A stretch of DNA of 64,000 nucleotides from Minisyncoccota bacterium (GCA_022763365.1 JALEGN010000013.1:44118-108117); one strand, 5' to 3'; shown: positions 29,554 to 39,686, counted from the stretch's first letter. Program-made: numbers and translations. Notes: generated by a model from the sequence alone, not told the origin.

Positions 29554-29556
29554 AGT

Positions 29557-30300
29557 CTACTTTTTCTTACCGAATAACATATTCATTATAGCACGTACAA
29601 AGCCTGGATAATGCCCCTTTGTTTCTGGGAAACGGTAGGCATCACTATCCCTGAAATCAGCAATTTTAACCCGATAAAGGTTTTGCAGGGTTGCCGGATA
29701 GCCAACCCTTCGTCCAAATTCCTCACCAAGAGTTCTGATATAGGTTCCTGAACTAACTTCAAGTCGAACCTTTACAACATGACCTGTTCCCTTGCGGTAA
29801 CTATCAAGCATCTGAATATGTAATATATTCATCTCTTTTTCAGGAATATAAGGAGGCTGTTTATTCTCTCGGGCATAGTCGTATAAAGGCTTTCCTTCAA
29901 CTTTGATAGCTGAATATAATGGCACTTGCAACATATGTGATCCTTTCATAGATAACACCTGATGTTCTATTTCATCACTACGTACTTCATTTTTATCTAC
30001 AAAGACTTGTTCGATAATTTCACCCTCAAGGTCACCCCCTACCGTCGAGGTTCCTATTAAAATTTCAGCAATATATGTTTTAGGGAGTTTTAAATAGTTA
30101 GTCAGTTTTTTCGTTCCACTATTGATTCCCAAAATCATAAGGCCTGATGCGAGAGGATCAAGAGTACCTGCATGCCCTATCTTTCGAGTACCTAAAATTG
30201 GACGTATTTTTCGAATAACATCAAATGATGAGATACCCTTTGGTTTATGTACCAGCAAGACATCAGGCTCTATGTAGTTTTTTGCTACTGGTTTTTTCAT
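29557..30300 (-). CDS. truB: tRNA pseudouridine(55) synthase
   Basis: LLVHKPKGISSFDVIRKIR, GHAGTLDPLASGLM catalytic Asp motif. Confidence 0.9.
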   Translation of the reverse strand: MKKPVAKNYIEPDVLLVHKPKGISSFDVIRKIRPILGTRKIGHAGTLDPLASGLMILGINSGTKKLTNYLKLPKTYIAEILIGTSTVGGDLEGEIIEQVFVDKNEVRSDEIEHQVLSMKGSHMLQVPLYSAIKVEGKPLYDYARENKQPPYIPEKEMNILHIQMLDSYRKGTGHVVKVRLEVSSGTYIRTLGEEFGRRVGYPATLQNLYRVKIADFRDSDAYRFPETKGHYPGFVRAIMNMLFGKKK

Positions 30301-30343
30301 ACCACCAGAATATCATAGGAAAAATATTTGACTAAATTATATA

Positions 30344-30754
30344 TTGTGTTTTATAATTATTTTGAATCAAAAATATAATGTCATGCTTTTAAAAATCAGT
30401 ACTGCTAAAAACCTTGTTAGAAAAACCTGGTCAGAAAGTGCCGGTAACAAAGTAACAAAACACCACTTCAATAGAGTCATTAAAAAGTTTTATCCAGGGA
30501 AATCTGGGTCTAAATTAAAAAATTTTTACAAAAACTTACTTCCTTACATTAAAAGAGATGTAGATTTAGAAGAAATAGAAAAAGAAGACTTTATTGAAAA
30601 TTCATTTGTTCAAGCTAATAATATTGATGCACAAATTATTTCTGAAGAAATGAGTATTTTAGGAAAAATGGTTGCTTTATGCGGCGGAGATGCGAAAGTA
30701 TTTGAAAACACCTATGGACAGTCATATGAAGACTACAGGTCAACAATCAAATAA
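30344..30754 (+). CDS. Hypothetical protein
   Basis: No recognisable motif; possible start at 30383; followed by a strong terminator. Confidence 0.3.
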   Translation: MCFIIILNQKYNVMLLKISTAKNLVRKTWSESAGNKVTKHHFNRVIKKFYPGKSGSKLKNFYKNLLPYIKRDVDLEEIEKEDFIENSFVQANNIDAQIISEEMSILGKMVALCGGDAKVFENTYGQSYEDYRSTIK

Positions 30755-30784
30755 AAAAATCGAGACAACGTCTCGATTTTTTTG
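30752..30784. terminator. Bidirectional rho-independent terminator
   Basis: aaaaaaa-atcgagac-aac-gtctcgat-ttttttt. Confidence 0.7.
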
Positions 30785-30785
30785 A

Positions 30786-31406
30786 TTATTGAGCATCAAT
30801 AATGTCCATTTCGCGCATTACTAAGAATGCATAATCTGGACGCACATGTGGAGGATTATATGTTTCAAGAAGCTCTTTATGATCTTGTCCTTGGTAATAC
30901 CAATGATCGGTATTAGGATTATGACCTCCAAGATTCCATGAAATAACATCAATTGATTCTTTGTATGAATCAAAATCAATTTTACATGATCCCCAACCAA
31001 AGGCTGAATATTCGGCTGTTTTACAAGAAAACTTTCCACCTGTTGATTCAATAAATCCAATGGCTGCTACCAAACGCCAGTCAATATTATATTCCTCTGC
31101 GGCATCAACAAAATGTTGTGCTTCGTCTTGCAGCGGTAGATCGTGACGTCCGAAATAGCTTTCAATCTTTGCAATACGTTCAAGACGCAGTTTTTCTGCA
31201 TCTTCACGCGCTTTTCGCTCTAGGGCAGCTGTTTCATCAAAAATAAGGTTTTGAAATGACTGACTACCAAGAGGTGCTTCAGCCTCAAGAGCGAATACTT
31301 GAGCTGAAAAGGTAATATAGAGCGAATAAATAATAATAGATGTTTTGTACACGAATTGTAGCATTTTATTTCGTGCAACTTTTTTAGGTACAATAATTTT
31401 TGTCAT
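30786..31406 (-). CDS. Membrane-anchored lysozyme-like peptidoglycan hydrolase (transglycosylase/glucosaminidase superfamily)
   Basis: N-terminal TM; NIDWRLVAAIGFIESTGGK resembles the catalytic-Glu segment of SLT/FlgJ-like lysozyme folds. Confidence 0.4.
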   Translation of the reverse strand: MTKIIVPKKVARNKMLQFVYKTSIIIYSLYITFSAQVFALEAEAPLGSQSFQNLIFDETAALERKAREDAEKLRLERIAKIESYFGRHDLPLQDEAQHFVDAAEEYNIDWRLVAAIGFIESTGGKFSCKTAEYSAFGWGSCKIDFDSYKESIDVISWNLGGHNPNTDHWYYQGQDHKELLETYNPPHVRPDYAFLVMREMDIIDAQ

Positions 31407-31541
31407 AGTGTGCGATATGTGCTTCGCGAAACGCCGTAACTAAAAAAGTCCTCAAACGAGAACCTTGATAAGGGTACAGTCTACCCTACTAATGGTCAAC
31501 GAGTTATCCACAGGTTAACCATAAATTTTTATTTTGTCAAA

Positions 31542-32438
31542 TTATGAACTCATTCCCCAGAAAAGCCGGATTCTTTCGGCTGCAGCTTTTTGAACTGCTT
31601 CTTTGGCAGATTTAAAATATTTATATGGAGCTAATGTTTCATCTTTAGCAAAAGACTCTTCAATAGATTTTCTAAATACCACTCGAAGTTCAGTACTAAT
31701 ATGGATAAGAGAAATTCCTGCCCTAATGACAGCTAGAAAATCTTCATCTGATGAACCTGATCCACCATGAAGTACTAGTGGAGTTTTAGTAGCTTCCCAA
31801 ATGGATGCTACACGCTCTGGATTTAATGCTGGGTTACCAGATTTTACCATTCCGTGAATATTTCCAACCGATGGCGCCAAAACTTCTACACCAGAGGCAT
31901 CAACAAATGCTTTAGCTTCATCAGGTTTTGTCATAGTTTCTTCAGAAACTCCTTCTGGGATTTCGTCTTTAATACTTGAACCTGAACCAATAAATCCAAA
32001 CTCTGCTTCAACAAGACAATTAGGATTTACTTCATTTCGATACGCAACAACCTTTTTAGTATTTTCAAGATTTTCTTCATGAGATATCTTAGCACCATCA
32101 TAAATAACCATATCAAAACCAGCATCAATAGCTTCACAGGTTCGTTCTACGGAATAAGTATGGTCAGCATTTAGGAAAACTGGATAATCATGTTCATTAC
32201 GTAAACTCGTTACGTAATCAACGATTTGAGTTACCCCGAAAGCATCTCGTTCTCCTTCAGAGACTCCAATAACAAGGGGAATTTTTTCACCAGCTTCTTC
32301 TGATACCTCTTTGGCTGCAGCAAAAACTGACATAAGCATATCAGAGTTCGCGACATTAAAATGAGCAATGGCTTTTTGTTGTTCTTTAGCTTCAAATAAA
32401 TATTCTTTCAATGTTTTCATATGTAGATAGTATATCAT
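31542..32438 (-). CDS. fba: Class II fructose-bisphosphate aldolase
   Basis: HFNV.N, DHTYS, LVLHGGSGSSDEDF motifs of the class II FBA/tagatose-bisphosphate aldolase family. Confidence 0.9.
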   Translation of the reverse strand: MIYYLHMKTLKEYLFEAKEQQKAIAHFNVANSDMLMSVFAAAKEVSEEAGEKIPLVIGVSEGERDAFGVTQIVDYVTSLRNEHDYPVFLNADHTYSVERTCEAIDAGFDMVIYDGAKISHEENLENTKKVVAYRNEVNPNCLVEAEFGFIGSGSSIKDEIPEGVSEETMTKPDEAKAFVDASGVEVLAPSVGNIHGMVKSGNPALNPERVASIWEATKTPLVLHGGSGSSDEDFLAVIRAGISLIHISTELRVVFRKSIEESFAKDETLAPYKYFKSAKEAVQKAAAERIRLFWGMSS

Positions 32439-32464
32439 GACGTCCGCTATGATATAATAAATAT

Positions 32465-33469
32465 ATGGAAAAGAATAAAAATATTGATTTCATGGCAATC
32501 GGAGATATCGTCATCGATGCCTTTATTAAATTAAAAGAAGCTGAAATTGAATACGAACACGGCGTTAAAATGCTTGAAATGCGTTTTGGAGAAAAACTTC
32601 CTTACGATAGCGTTAAGGTTGTTAAGGCCGTAGGAAATGCCCCTAATGCCTCAGTATCTGCGGCACGACTAGGTCTTAACTCAGCTGTTATGACTCATGT
32701 CGGAAATGATGATTTCGGAAAAGAATGTCTTGATTCACTAGAAGAAAAAGGGGTTATTACTGACTACGTAACAGTTGAGGACGGTAAAACTACGAATTAT
32801 CATTACGTATTATCATTTAAAGCTGAACGAACAATCTTAATTAAACATGAAGAATACAATTATGATTTAGCGACTCAAGCTGAAGGAGTTATTCCAAAAT
32901 GGGTATACTTCTCTTCAGTTGGAGAGAAATCTATGCCATACCATGCTGATATTGCAGCATGGGTAAAAGATAATAATATCAAAATGGCATTTCAGCCAGG
33001 TACTTTCCAAATTTCACTCGGTGCTGAAAAACTAAAAGACATCTACGAAGCATCAGAAGTATTCTTCTGTAATGTAGAGGAAGCACAGCAGATTCTTTCT
33101 GAAAAGTCACGAGATGTTAAAAAGATGCTTAAGGCTATGCATGACCTTGGTCCAAAAATTGTATGTATTACCGACGGACCTGACGGAGCTTATGCTTATG
33201 ATTCATATAATGACCAGTATTGGTTCCATCCAATATATCCAGACCCAAAACCACCTGTTGAACGAACAGGAGCTGGGGACTCATTCTCATCAGCCTTCAC
33301 CGTTGCCTTAGGTCATGGAAAAACAGTAAAAGAGGCTCTTTCATGGGCACCAATTAATTCAATGAATGTTGTTCAATATATTGGAGCTCAAGAAGGACTC
33401 CTTACCACCGAACAATTAGAAGGATTCTTGGCTGATGCACCAGATCATTATAAACCAGAACAGATTTAA
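32465..33469 (+). CDS. PfkB-family carbohydrate kinase (possibly phosphofructokinase/fructokinase)
   Basis: TGAGDSFSSAFTVAL (PfkB GAGD/anion-hole motif), ITDGPDGAYAY; divergent from fba. Confidence 0.8.
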   Translation: MEKNKNIDFMAIGDIVIDAFIKLKEAEIEYEHGVKMLEMRFGEKLPYDSVKVVKAVGNAPNASVSAARLGLNSAVMTHVGNDDFGKECLDSLEEKGVITDYVTVEDGKTTNYHYVLSFKAERTILIKHEEYNYDLATQAEGVIPKWVYFSSVGEKSMPYHADIAAWVKDNNIKMAFQPGTFQISLGAEKLKDIYEASEVFFCNVEEAQQILSEKSRDVKKMLKAMHDLGPKIVCITDGPDGAYAYDSYNDQYWFHPIYPDPKPPVERTGAGDSFSSAFTVALGHGKTVKEALSWAPINSMNVVQYIGAQEGLLTTEQLEGFLADAPDHYKPEQI

Positions 33470-33515
33470 GATCTAAAAACACTGACATTTCAGTGTTTTT
33501 TTATATAATAAATAC

Positions 33516-33941
33516 ATGAAATTCGAAAACTCTTTTCTCAAACAACAAAAACAAAATCTTGAAAATGAAAATAAATTAAAGGAAGAAGCTATTGAAAAAT
33601 TTCAAATAACCGAAGCTGAGAAATTTGAAATTGATAATGCAATATATAGAAAAAAACAAGAATTCCTCGAAGATTTTTCATCTAAAGATAGGGAATATAT
33701 CCAAGAATATTTTGCATTACAAAATCAAATAAATCTTCTTGAAAAAGAAACATCAAATAAAATAGAAAAAAATCTTGATGAAGGAATATTAACACTAAAA
33801 CTAAGCCAACTTAATAAGTATATTTCACAAAGGAATGAACTTGAAAATCATTTCAAAATAAACCCACACCTTAGTGACTATCTTGAACTTCATGATGAAA
33901 TTCAACAACAAACCCATCCAGACGATCCTCAATTAAATTAA
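33516..33941 (+). CDS. Hypothetical coiled-coil protein
   Basis: Lys/Glu/Gln-rich heptad-like sequence; flanked by terminators at 33475-33503 and 33946-33980. Confidence 0.4.
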   Translation: MKFENSFLKQQKQNLENENKLKEEAIEKFQITEAEKFEIDNAIYRKKQEFLEDFSSKDREYIQEYFALQNQINLLEKETSNKIEKNLDEGILTLKLSQLNKYISQRNELENHFKINPHLSDYLELHDEIQQQTHPDDPQLN

Positions 33942-33945
33942 CATA

Positions 33946-33980
33946 ATAAAAACAATACAGATAATCTGTATTGTTTTTAT
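33946..33980. terminator. Bidirectional terminator
   Basis: Perfect 10-bp stem aacaatacag/ctgtattgtt, loop ataat, T-run. Confidence 0.6.
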
Positions 33981-34165
33981 ATACCTAATTCTCCTTTGAA
34001 TACTGATTCAGCTGATGCATCAGTATATTCAGGATACCGTGCCTCGCCTTGTTCTGTGTACGGAGACTCTGTTGATGCCTGTTCTGCCTTGTCAATCGTT
34101 AGTGCCATTGTAGTAATTACTGCAAAAATAATAAACACTATTACATAGGCTACATTCTTAATCAT
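33977..34165 (-). CDS. Small hypothetical membrane protein (62 aa)
   Basis: MIKNVAYVIVFIIFAVITTMAL TM helix; ORF-track N-terminal extension overlaps the transketolase gene and is not credible. Confidence 0.25.
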   Translation of the reverse strand: MIKNVAYVIVFIIFAVITTMALTIDKAEQASTESPYTEQGEARYPEYTDASAESVFKGELGI

Positions 34166-34211
34166 ATATTTAGTATAAAGGTAAAATAAAAAACAGCATA
34201 GATACTGTTTT

Positions 34212-35198
34212 TTAAGACAATTGAGATTTAATATGTTCAATAATTCCTTCCTTGGTAAATCCAAATTCTTGTAATAATTCATCTGGAGAACCTGATTCGC
34301 CGAATCGATCATGCATACCAATAAATGACATTTTTGTCGGTGCATGTTGCGCTAAGACCTCAGCAACTGCTGATCCCATACCACCATGAATTTGATGCTC
34401 TTCAGCACTTACTATGCGATCGACTTTTTGGGCAAATTCAGTGACTGCCTTTTCATTCATTGGTTTAATGGTGGAAAGATTCATAACAGAAACTTCAATT
34501 CCTTCTTGTTTTAATGCTTCTGCTGCTAAAATTGATTGATAGACTAATGAACCGCAGGCAATAATTCCCACCTTGGGAGTTTCTGATTCATAGACAACTT
34601 GTGGAACACCAATTTCAAAAGGAGTATCTGATGTTGTGAATATTGGCGTTTTTGCTCGTGCAAGGCGGATATATGAAGGTTTATTATTTTTAGCAATAGC
34701 TAAGGTTGCCTTACATGCTTCCTCAGAGTCTGCCGGAACAACCACGGTCATATTTGGAATAACGCGTATTGTTGCAATATCTTCAAGAGCTTGGTGGGTT
34801 GCCCCATCTGGACCAACCGATACACCAGCGTGTGCTCCAACAATTTTTGCTGGTACATCATTTAATGCAATCGTTGAACGAATCTGCTCCCAGTTGCGTC
34901 CAGGTGAGAAAGCAGCGTAGGACATCATAAATGGAATTTTTCCGTAATTTGCTAACCCTGAAGCAACGGCTGCCAAATTTTGTTCAGCAACTCCAAGCTC
35001 AATATAACGATCAGGATATTTTTCTTTAAACCAATGTGCTCGAGTAGATTCAGCTAAATCAGCACAGAGTGCAACAACATTTTTATCAGCATCTGCCGCC
35101 TCAACAAGACCTTTTCCAAATCCATCGCGCGTAGCTGCTTGATCTAAGATATCAGTGTTAAAAATATCACTATGTAGTTGTAATTCAGTATTTATCAT
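34212..35198 (-). CDS. Transketolase, C-terminal subunit (pyrimidine-binding plus C-terminal domains)
   Basis: ...LVEAADADKNVVALCADL, ELGVAEQN, GAHAGVSVGPDGATHQALEDIA; start overlaps the stop of the N-terminal subunit gene. Confidence 0.9.
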   Translation of the reverse strand: MINTELQLHSDIFNTDILDQAATRDGFGKGLVEAADADKNVVALCADLAESTRAHWFKEKYPDRYIELGVAEQNLAAVASGLANYGKIPFMMSYAAFSPGRNWEQIRSTIALNDVPAKIVGAHAGVSVGPDGATHQALEDIATIRVIPNMTVVVPADSEEACKATLAIAKNNKPSYIRLARAKTPIFTTSDTPFEIGVPQVVYESETPKVGIIACGSLVYQSILAAEALKQEGIEVSVMNLSTIKPMNEKAVTEFAQKVDRIVSAEEHQIHGGMGSAVAEVLAQHAPTKMSFIGMHDRFGESGSPDELLQEFGFTKEGIIEHIKSQLS

Positions 35199-35199
35199 A

Positions 35200-36054
35200 T
35201 TAGTGCGTGTGTGGTGATTCGATCTTTCCTCGTAAAGTGCGTAATTCATTTAAGAATCGTTGTTCTTCTTCGGTGCTTGGTGGTTTTCCGTGCCACTGGA
35301 ACTCATTTTCAATTTCTTTAATACCTTTTCCTGGAATAGTATGAGCAATAATACAAGTAGGCTTATTTTGAATAGCCTTTGCTTGATTCACCGCATCGAC
35401 AAAGGCTTCAATATTATGTCCATCAATTTCAATCACATGCCAACCAAATGACTCCCATTTACCTGGCAGGTCTTCTAGCTTCATAACATTTTCAGTATTT
35501 CCATTAATTTGAATATTATTCCGGTCAACAATAGCGGTAAGATTTGAGAGAGCGTGGTGTCCTGCAAACATCGCTGATTCCCAAATATTCCCACAATTTA
35601 ATTCTCCATCACCAGTAAAACAAAATACATGATTTTTCTTAGCATCAATCCGCATTCCATAGGCAACACCAGCTGCCTGACCTAAACCTGAACCAAGTGG
35701 TCCTGAGGTATGTTCAATACCAGGAAGCGCGTGTCGTTCTGGATGACCTTGTAATCGAGATCCAAATTTGCGCAGTGTTTTCAATTCTTCAATTGGGAAA
35801 TATCCAGCATGCGCCATTGTTGCATAGCGAACCGGTACTGTATGTCCATTTGAAAGGAATAACCAATCACGGTCTTCCCAATCTGGATTTTCTGGTTGAT
35901 GTTCCATCACCTCAAAATACAATGCCGTAAAAATATCCGTCATGCCAAGCGGCCCTGCGGTGTGTCCCGACCCAGCATCTTCGAGCATATCAATAATCGA
36001 CATGCGAATATCATTCGCCTTAAGTTCTAATTCTTTAATTCGTTCGTCTGTCAT
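35200..36054 (-). CDS. Transketolase, N-terminal subunit (TPP-binding)
   Basis: GHTAGPLGM, GPLGSGLGQAAGVA, FTGDGELNCGNIWE (TPP GDG motif). Confidence 0.9.
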   Translation of the reverse strand: MTDERIKELELKANDIRMSIIDMLEDAGSGHTAGPLGMTDIFTALYFEVMEHQPENPDWEDRDWLFLSNGHTVPVRYATMAHAGYFPIEELKTLRKFGSRLQGHPERHALPGIEHTSGPLGSGLGQAAGVAYGMRIDAKKNHVFCFTGDGELNCGNIWESAMFAGHHALSNLTAIVDRNNIQINGNTENVMKLEDLPGKWESFGWHVIEIDGHNIEAFVDAVNQAKAIQNKPTCIIAHTIPGKGIKEIENEFQWHGKPPSTEEEQRFLNELRTLRGKIESPHTH

Positions 36055-36111
36055 GAAGACAGTATACCATTTTAGTTTCTACTAAAAAAAGCAAACACAG
36101 TTTGCTTTTTA

Positions 36112-36564
36112 TTATTCAGAGCGTTCTTCTAATTGTTCACACTTTGTATCATCATTAATAAAGAAATGTCGTGCTGCAAAAAGAATTACTAAGGAAATTA
36201 CCCCAAGAAGAAGTTCAATAAATGCTCCATCAAGAAGTAGCATTTTTCGAATAACAATAAACACGGCTAGCTCTACAAGGGTATTTAAATTGTAACTAAA
36301 TAACATTCGTGCCACCTCAATACCAATAGCTAATTCAAGTATAATTCTTAAAATTTCTCGAAAAGCCTCTATCGTACTCCAATCTAAATTATCGATTAAG
36401 ATGATTTGATAGACTGTGAAAACAAGTACTCCAAGTAAGGTGAGGATCCCTAAACCAATTTCAAACCAATGGAGAACTATTTTCCCATGTTTTTTTGCTT
36501 TACGTGTTGGTAGTTTTTTCTTTTCTTGTTCTGTCATTTCTACAGTATACAAAATGATTGACAA
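36112..36564 (-). CDS. PsiE-like membrane protein
   Basis: 4 TM helices; IEVARMLFSYNLNTLVELAVFIVIRKMLL resembles the phosphate-starvation-inducible PsiE family. Confidence 0.45.
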   Translation of the reverse strand: MSIILYTVEMTEQEKKKLPTRKAKKHGKIVLHWFEIGLGILTLLGVLVFTVYQIILIDNLDWSTIEAFREILRIILELAIGIEVARMLFSYNLNTLVELAVFIVIRKMLLLDGAFIELLLGVISLVILFAARHFFINDDTKCEQLEERSE

Positions 36565-36599
36565 AATAAAAAGTAGATTATATGACGAATAGCAGTAGG

Positions 36600-36845
36600 T
36601 TTTGAGGTTTCCTTGTTGGGGGACCTGGAAATCTCATTGTACCTACAAATATATTTTAGTTGGGAGAAGCAGGGTATGGCCTGAGACTATGGAATACCCT
36701 GCTTTAGTTAGAAAATGAATAATAAATTTCATCAGGGTTAATTCCCAAAACAAAATCTAATGGTTAATAGATAACATGAAATTTTATTATTTGTTTGATT
36801 TGTTACCGCGCTTGTTTGTAGAAGTGCGGTTTTTTTATTGTAAAA
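36600..36845 (+). ncRNA. Candidate structured leader or small RNA ending in an intrinsic terminator upstream of trhO
   Basis: No ORF in a 308-nt gap; perfect 10-bp hairpin agcagggtat/ataccctgct (36668-36707); terminator accgcgc-ttgtttgtagaa-gtgcggt plus ttttttt at 36808-36845, 28 nt before the trhO ATG. Confidence 0.3.
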
Positions 36846-36872
36846 AATAAGACTTTCGATAGGATACACACT

Positions 36873-37955
36873 ATGAAACGTGCAGGAAAAATTCAAAAAC
36901 CTTACGGACTAACGAAAGCTGAAGCTATAGAGAAATTAAATAATGAAGATTTTAAACGTATTACTGTTTCTTTATATAAATATGTGATTATTAATAACCC
37001 AAAGACAATGCGTGAGCGACTCTTTGAAATGTGGGAGCAATTAGATTGCTTAGGTCGTATTTATATTGCTGCTGAGGGAATAAACGCTCAAATGTCGGTT
37101 CCTGAATATAATTGGGAGCGATTTAAGGCTGAACTTTATGCTATTCCTGAATTTACTGATGTACCACTGAAAATTGGAATTCATCATGATACCTCATTTT
37201 ATAAACTCCAAATAAAAATAAGAAAACAGATTGTTGCTGATGGACTCACCATGAATGATTACGATATTGAAAATGTTGGGAATCACCTATCAGCCAAAGA
37301 ATGGAATGAAGCCATGGAGAAAGATGATACCATTGTGGTTGATATGCGTAACCATTATGAATCTGAGATCGGTCATTTCGATGGAGCGATGACACCAGCG
37401 GTTGATACCTTCCGCGAGGAATTACCAAAGGTTGTTGAGGAATTAAAAGGCAATGAGGATAAAAAAGTCCTGCTCTACTGTACCGGCGGTATTCGCTGTG
37501 AAAAGGCCTCGGCATATTTGAAACATGAAGGATTTAAGGATGTAAACCAACTCCACGGCGGAATCATTGATTATAAACACCAAATTGAACGTGAAGGTCT
37601 TGATAATAAGTTTCTTGGCTCAAATTATGTTTTTGATGAGCGTGATCCAGAACAAATCGGAAATGAAATTATTTCACAGTGTCATCAATGTGATACAAAA
37701 TGTGACCGGCATGTAAATTGCGCTAATTTTTCATGTAATCTTCTTTTCTTACAATGTAATAATTGTGAATCAACAACACAAAGAACCTGTTCAAAAAAAT
37801 GTAAAAAAATAGTTAATTTACCAGAACAAAAAAAGACAGCTTATTATAAAAAACATGGTAATGGTGGACCTAATCGATTCTCAAAATCACTGAAGGCGCG
37901 TGAAGTATTTAACAAACGTTCTCCCCTAAAAAAATTTCTTAATATTTTCTCTTAA
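36873..37955 (+). CDS. trhO: tRNA uridine(34) hydroxylase / rhodanese-domain protein (YceA/UPF0176 family) with Cys-rich C-terminal extension
   Basis: Rhodanese active-site loop LLYCTGGIRCEKAS; N-terminal UPF0176 region; C-terminal cluster CHQCDTKCDRHVNCANFSCN..CNNC. Confidence 0.8.
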   Translation: MKRAGKIQKPYGLTKAEAIEKLNNEDFKRITVSLYKYVIINNPKTMRERLFEMWEQLDCLGRIYIAAEGINAQMSVPEYNWERFKAELYAIPEFTDVPLKIGIHHDTSFYKLQIKIRKQIVADGLTMNDYDIENVGNHLSAKEWNEAMEKDDTIVVDMRNHYESEIGHFDGAMTPAVDTFREELPKVVEELKGNEDKKVLLYCTGGIRCEKASAYLKHEGFKDVNQLHGGIIDYKHQIEREGLDNKFLGSNYVFDERDPEQIGNEIISQCHQCDTKCDRHVNCANFSCNLLFLQCNNCESTTQRTCSKKCKKIVNLPEQKKTAYYKKHGNGGPNRFSKSLKAREVFNKRSPLKKFLNIFS

Positions 37956-37995
37956 CAAAAAACCGCTCTTTAATAGAGTGGTTTCATTTTCTTGT

Positions 37996-38544
37996 TTAAA
38001 ACAAAAGTTGAGTACAGATTCCAAGGATAATAGCAATCAACAACAATAGAACTGTTTTCTTATTATCTTGAATTACTTTGAGCATCATGCGTAACTTATC
38101 CTTTAATGAGCGATGTTTATTTATATACTGAGTATACTTTAGCAAAGCTTCTCGATATTCTGGATGATTTTTGAGCACAAAACCAGATATGATGCCGCTT
38201 CCTAGATATGGAATAACACCCAAAATAATTAGCTTCATAGGAATATTTCCTTTCATAAACCAATTAATGTAAATAGCTTTAACTATCAAGTTAATAACAA
38301 AAAATAACCCAGTTGGACCAAATGCAGTAATGAAATTCGCGCCGTAGGTGACCACAAGAGACGCAGCAACAAATCCACATATAACATCCAAGGTAACACC
38401 AAAAAATGACCATGTAATTAAATTCATACTCAATTTAAGCATGCGCTTGTTCCGACTATCGGAATAAGATGTTAATATCGTGAATGATTTTTGACCAAGA
38501 TAAGAATTCTGTACAAAACTTTCAAAAGTAATTGAATTTTTCAT
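37996..38544 (-). CDS. 4-TM membrane protein, paralog A of the 40214-41186 pair
   Basis: NKRMLKLSMNLITWSFFGV...LKNHPEYREALLKYTQYI aligns with FNKRVFQLSIILIFWSVIG...LKHDPEFRFGLKHYIRFL. Confidence 0.5.
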   Translation of the reverse strand: MKNSITFESFVQNSYLGQKSFTILTSYSDSRNKRMLKLSMNLITWSFFGVTLDVICGFVAASLVVTYGANFITAFGPTGLFFVINLIVKAIYINWFMKGNIPMKLIILGVIPYLGSGIISGFVLKNHPEYREALLKYTQYINKHRSLKDKLRMMLKVIQDNKKTVLLLLIAIILGICTQLLF

Positions 38545-38604
38545 ATTTATAAGTTTTATATATTATATAATATTAAAATTAAATGTCAATAATAAAAAAC
38601 CACA

Positions 38605-38919
38605 TTAATGTGGTTTTGTTTTCTTCTTTGAAGGAAAGAAAAAATAAAGTATAGCGTATAACCCACCAAGGTATGGTAGTGAGGTCATAAAATTCTTATC
38701 AATATGATTGGTATTAAAAATCATCAAAATAAGAAACTTTATTATAGACTGAGCAACAAGAAAAATAAGATACGTTCTAAGGATATATCCAGTAAAAATA
38801 TCACTAATCAATATAATTCCGTCGATAATAAAAAAAGCTATACTTACCAATATAAGAACCTTTTGCTCCGTCGTTTTTTCTTTCCAAATTTTTGTATAAA
38901 GATTGTTTAATTGTATCAA
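38605..38919 (-). CDS. Hypothetical small membrane protein (3 TM)
   Basis: Hydrophobic helices; no motifs. Confidence 0.35.
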   Translation of the reverse strand: MIQLNNLYTKIWKEKTTEQKVLILVSIAFFIIDGIILISDIFTGYILRTYLIFLVAQSIIKFLILMIFNTNHIDKNFMTSLPYLGGLYAILYFFFPSKKKTKPH

Positions 38920-38990
38920 ATATCAAAGTATTAATTTCAATTTCATATAATACAATAAAAAAATAAAAAATCTAGCATTCATTAGATTTT

Positions 38991-39686
38991 TTATTGTTCT
39001 AAGCTCAGTTTTAAATTTTCAATATTTTCCTCTACATTTCCGCCTCCATAGACTCCTGAACCTGAAACAAAACGATTGACTCCAGCCTCATAGAGGTCAG
39101 CAATCGTATCCAGGGATACACCACCATCAACTGAAATAATTAATTCAGGATAACGTTCCCGAAGGTCACTAATTATAGTGAGTGCGGATTCTTCAAAAGG
39201 TTCACCTTGGTAGCCAATATGAGCAATACCCATAACCTGTACAAAATCAATGACATTATCATCAATCAATTCATAAATTGAATCCATATCATTATGTATA
39301 GTAACTGCGAGTCCAATTTCTATAAAATTCCGAATTCCATAATCAATGTCTTTAATTTTTTCCCAATCTCCTACTGAAGCATAATGGAAAATAACTCGCG
39401 CTGCCCCAATACCAAGCCATGTTTCAAGATTTTCTTCAGGACGCTCTATCATGAGATCAAGCTCATAGTTCATTTCTTCCCATAGTGGAAAAGAAACATC
39501 TTCTGTTTTTAAAGCTACTAAGTCCCTGTCAGTGCCATACATAAAAGGCCAGGTTGGTTCTGGTACATATTTACCATCCATCAAATCTAATTGAACCGTG
39601 CTAACATTATGCCTGACTAATCCAACCATATCTTCTATCTCATTAAATTGACCAGGCATAATTGCTGGAATAATTTCAATATCCAT
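38991..39686 (-). CDS. rpe: Ribulose-phosphate 3-epimerase family TIM-barrel protein
   Basis: IIPAIMPGQF.., VQLDLMDGKYVP, VMGIAHIGYQGEPF, ISVDGGVSLDTIADLYEAGVNRFVSGSGVY match the Rpe pattern; start at 39686. Confidence 0.75.
   Translation of the reverse strand: MDIEIIPAIMPGQFNEIEDMVGLVRHNVSTVQLDLMDGKYVPEPTWPFMYGTDRDLVALKTEDVSFPLWEEMNYELDLMIERPEENLETWLGIGAARVIFHYASVGDWEKIKDIDYGIRNFIEIGLAVTIHNDMDSIYELIDDNVIDFVQVMGIAHIGYQGEPFEESALTIISDLRERYPELIISVDGGVSLDTIADLYEAGVNRFVSGSGVYGGGNVEENIENLKLSLEQ

Noticed and set aside
31407-31541. Possible ncRNA in the 135-nt gap between fba and the lysozyme-like gene
   Set aside because: The gap is explained by the fba intrinsic terminator (gttctc-gttt-gaggac plus T-run on the minus strand) followed by the promoter region of the next gene. 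There are no SRP, tmRNA or other conserved RNA signatures.
36803-36845. T-box riboswitch upstream of trhO (the terminator 5' strand reads TTACCGCGC, resembling the T-box UGGNACCGCG core)
   Set aside because: Only a 7-nt match. No specifier-loop or stem I features could be identified. trhO is not a typical T-box-regulated gene. I keep only the generic 'structured leader' claim.
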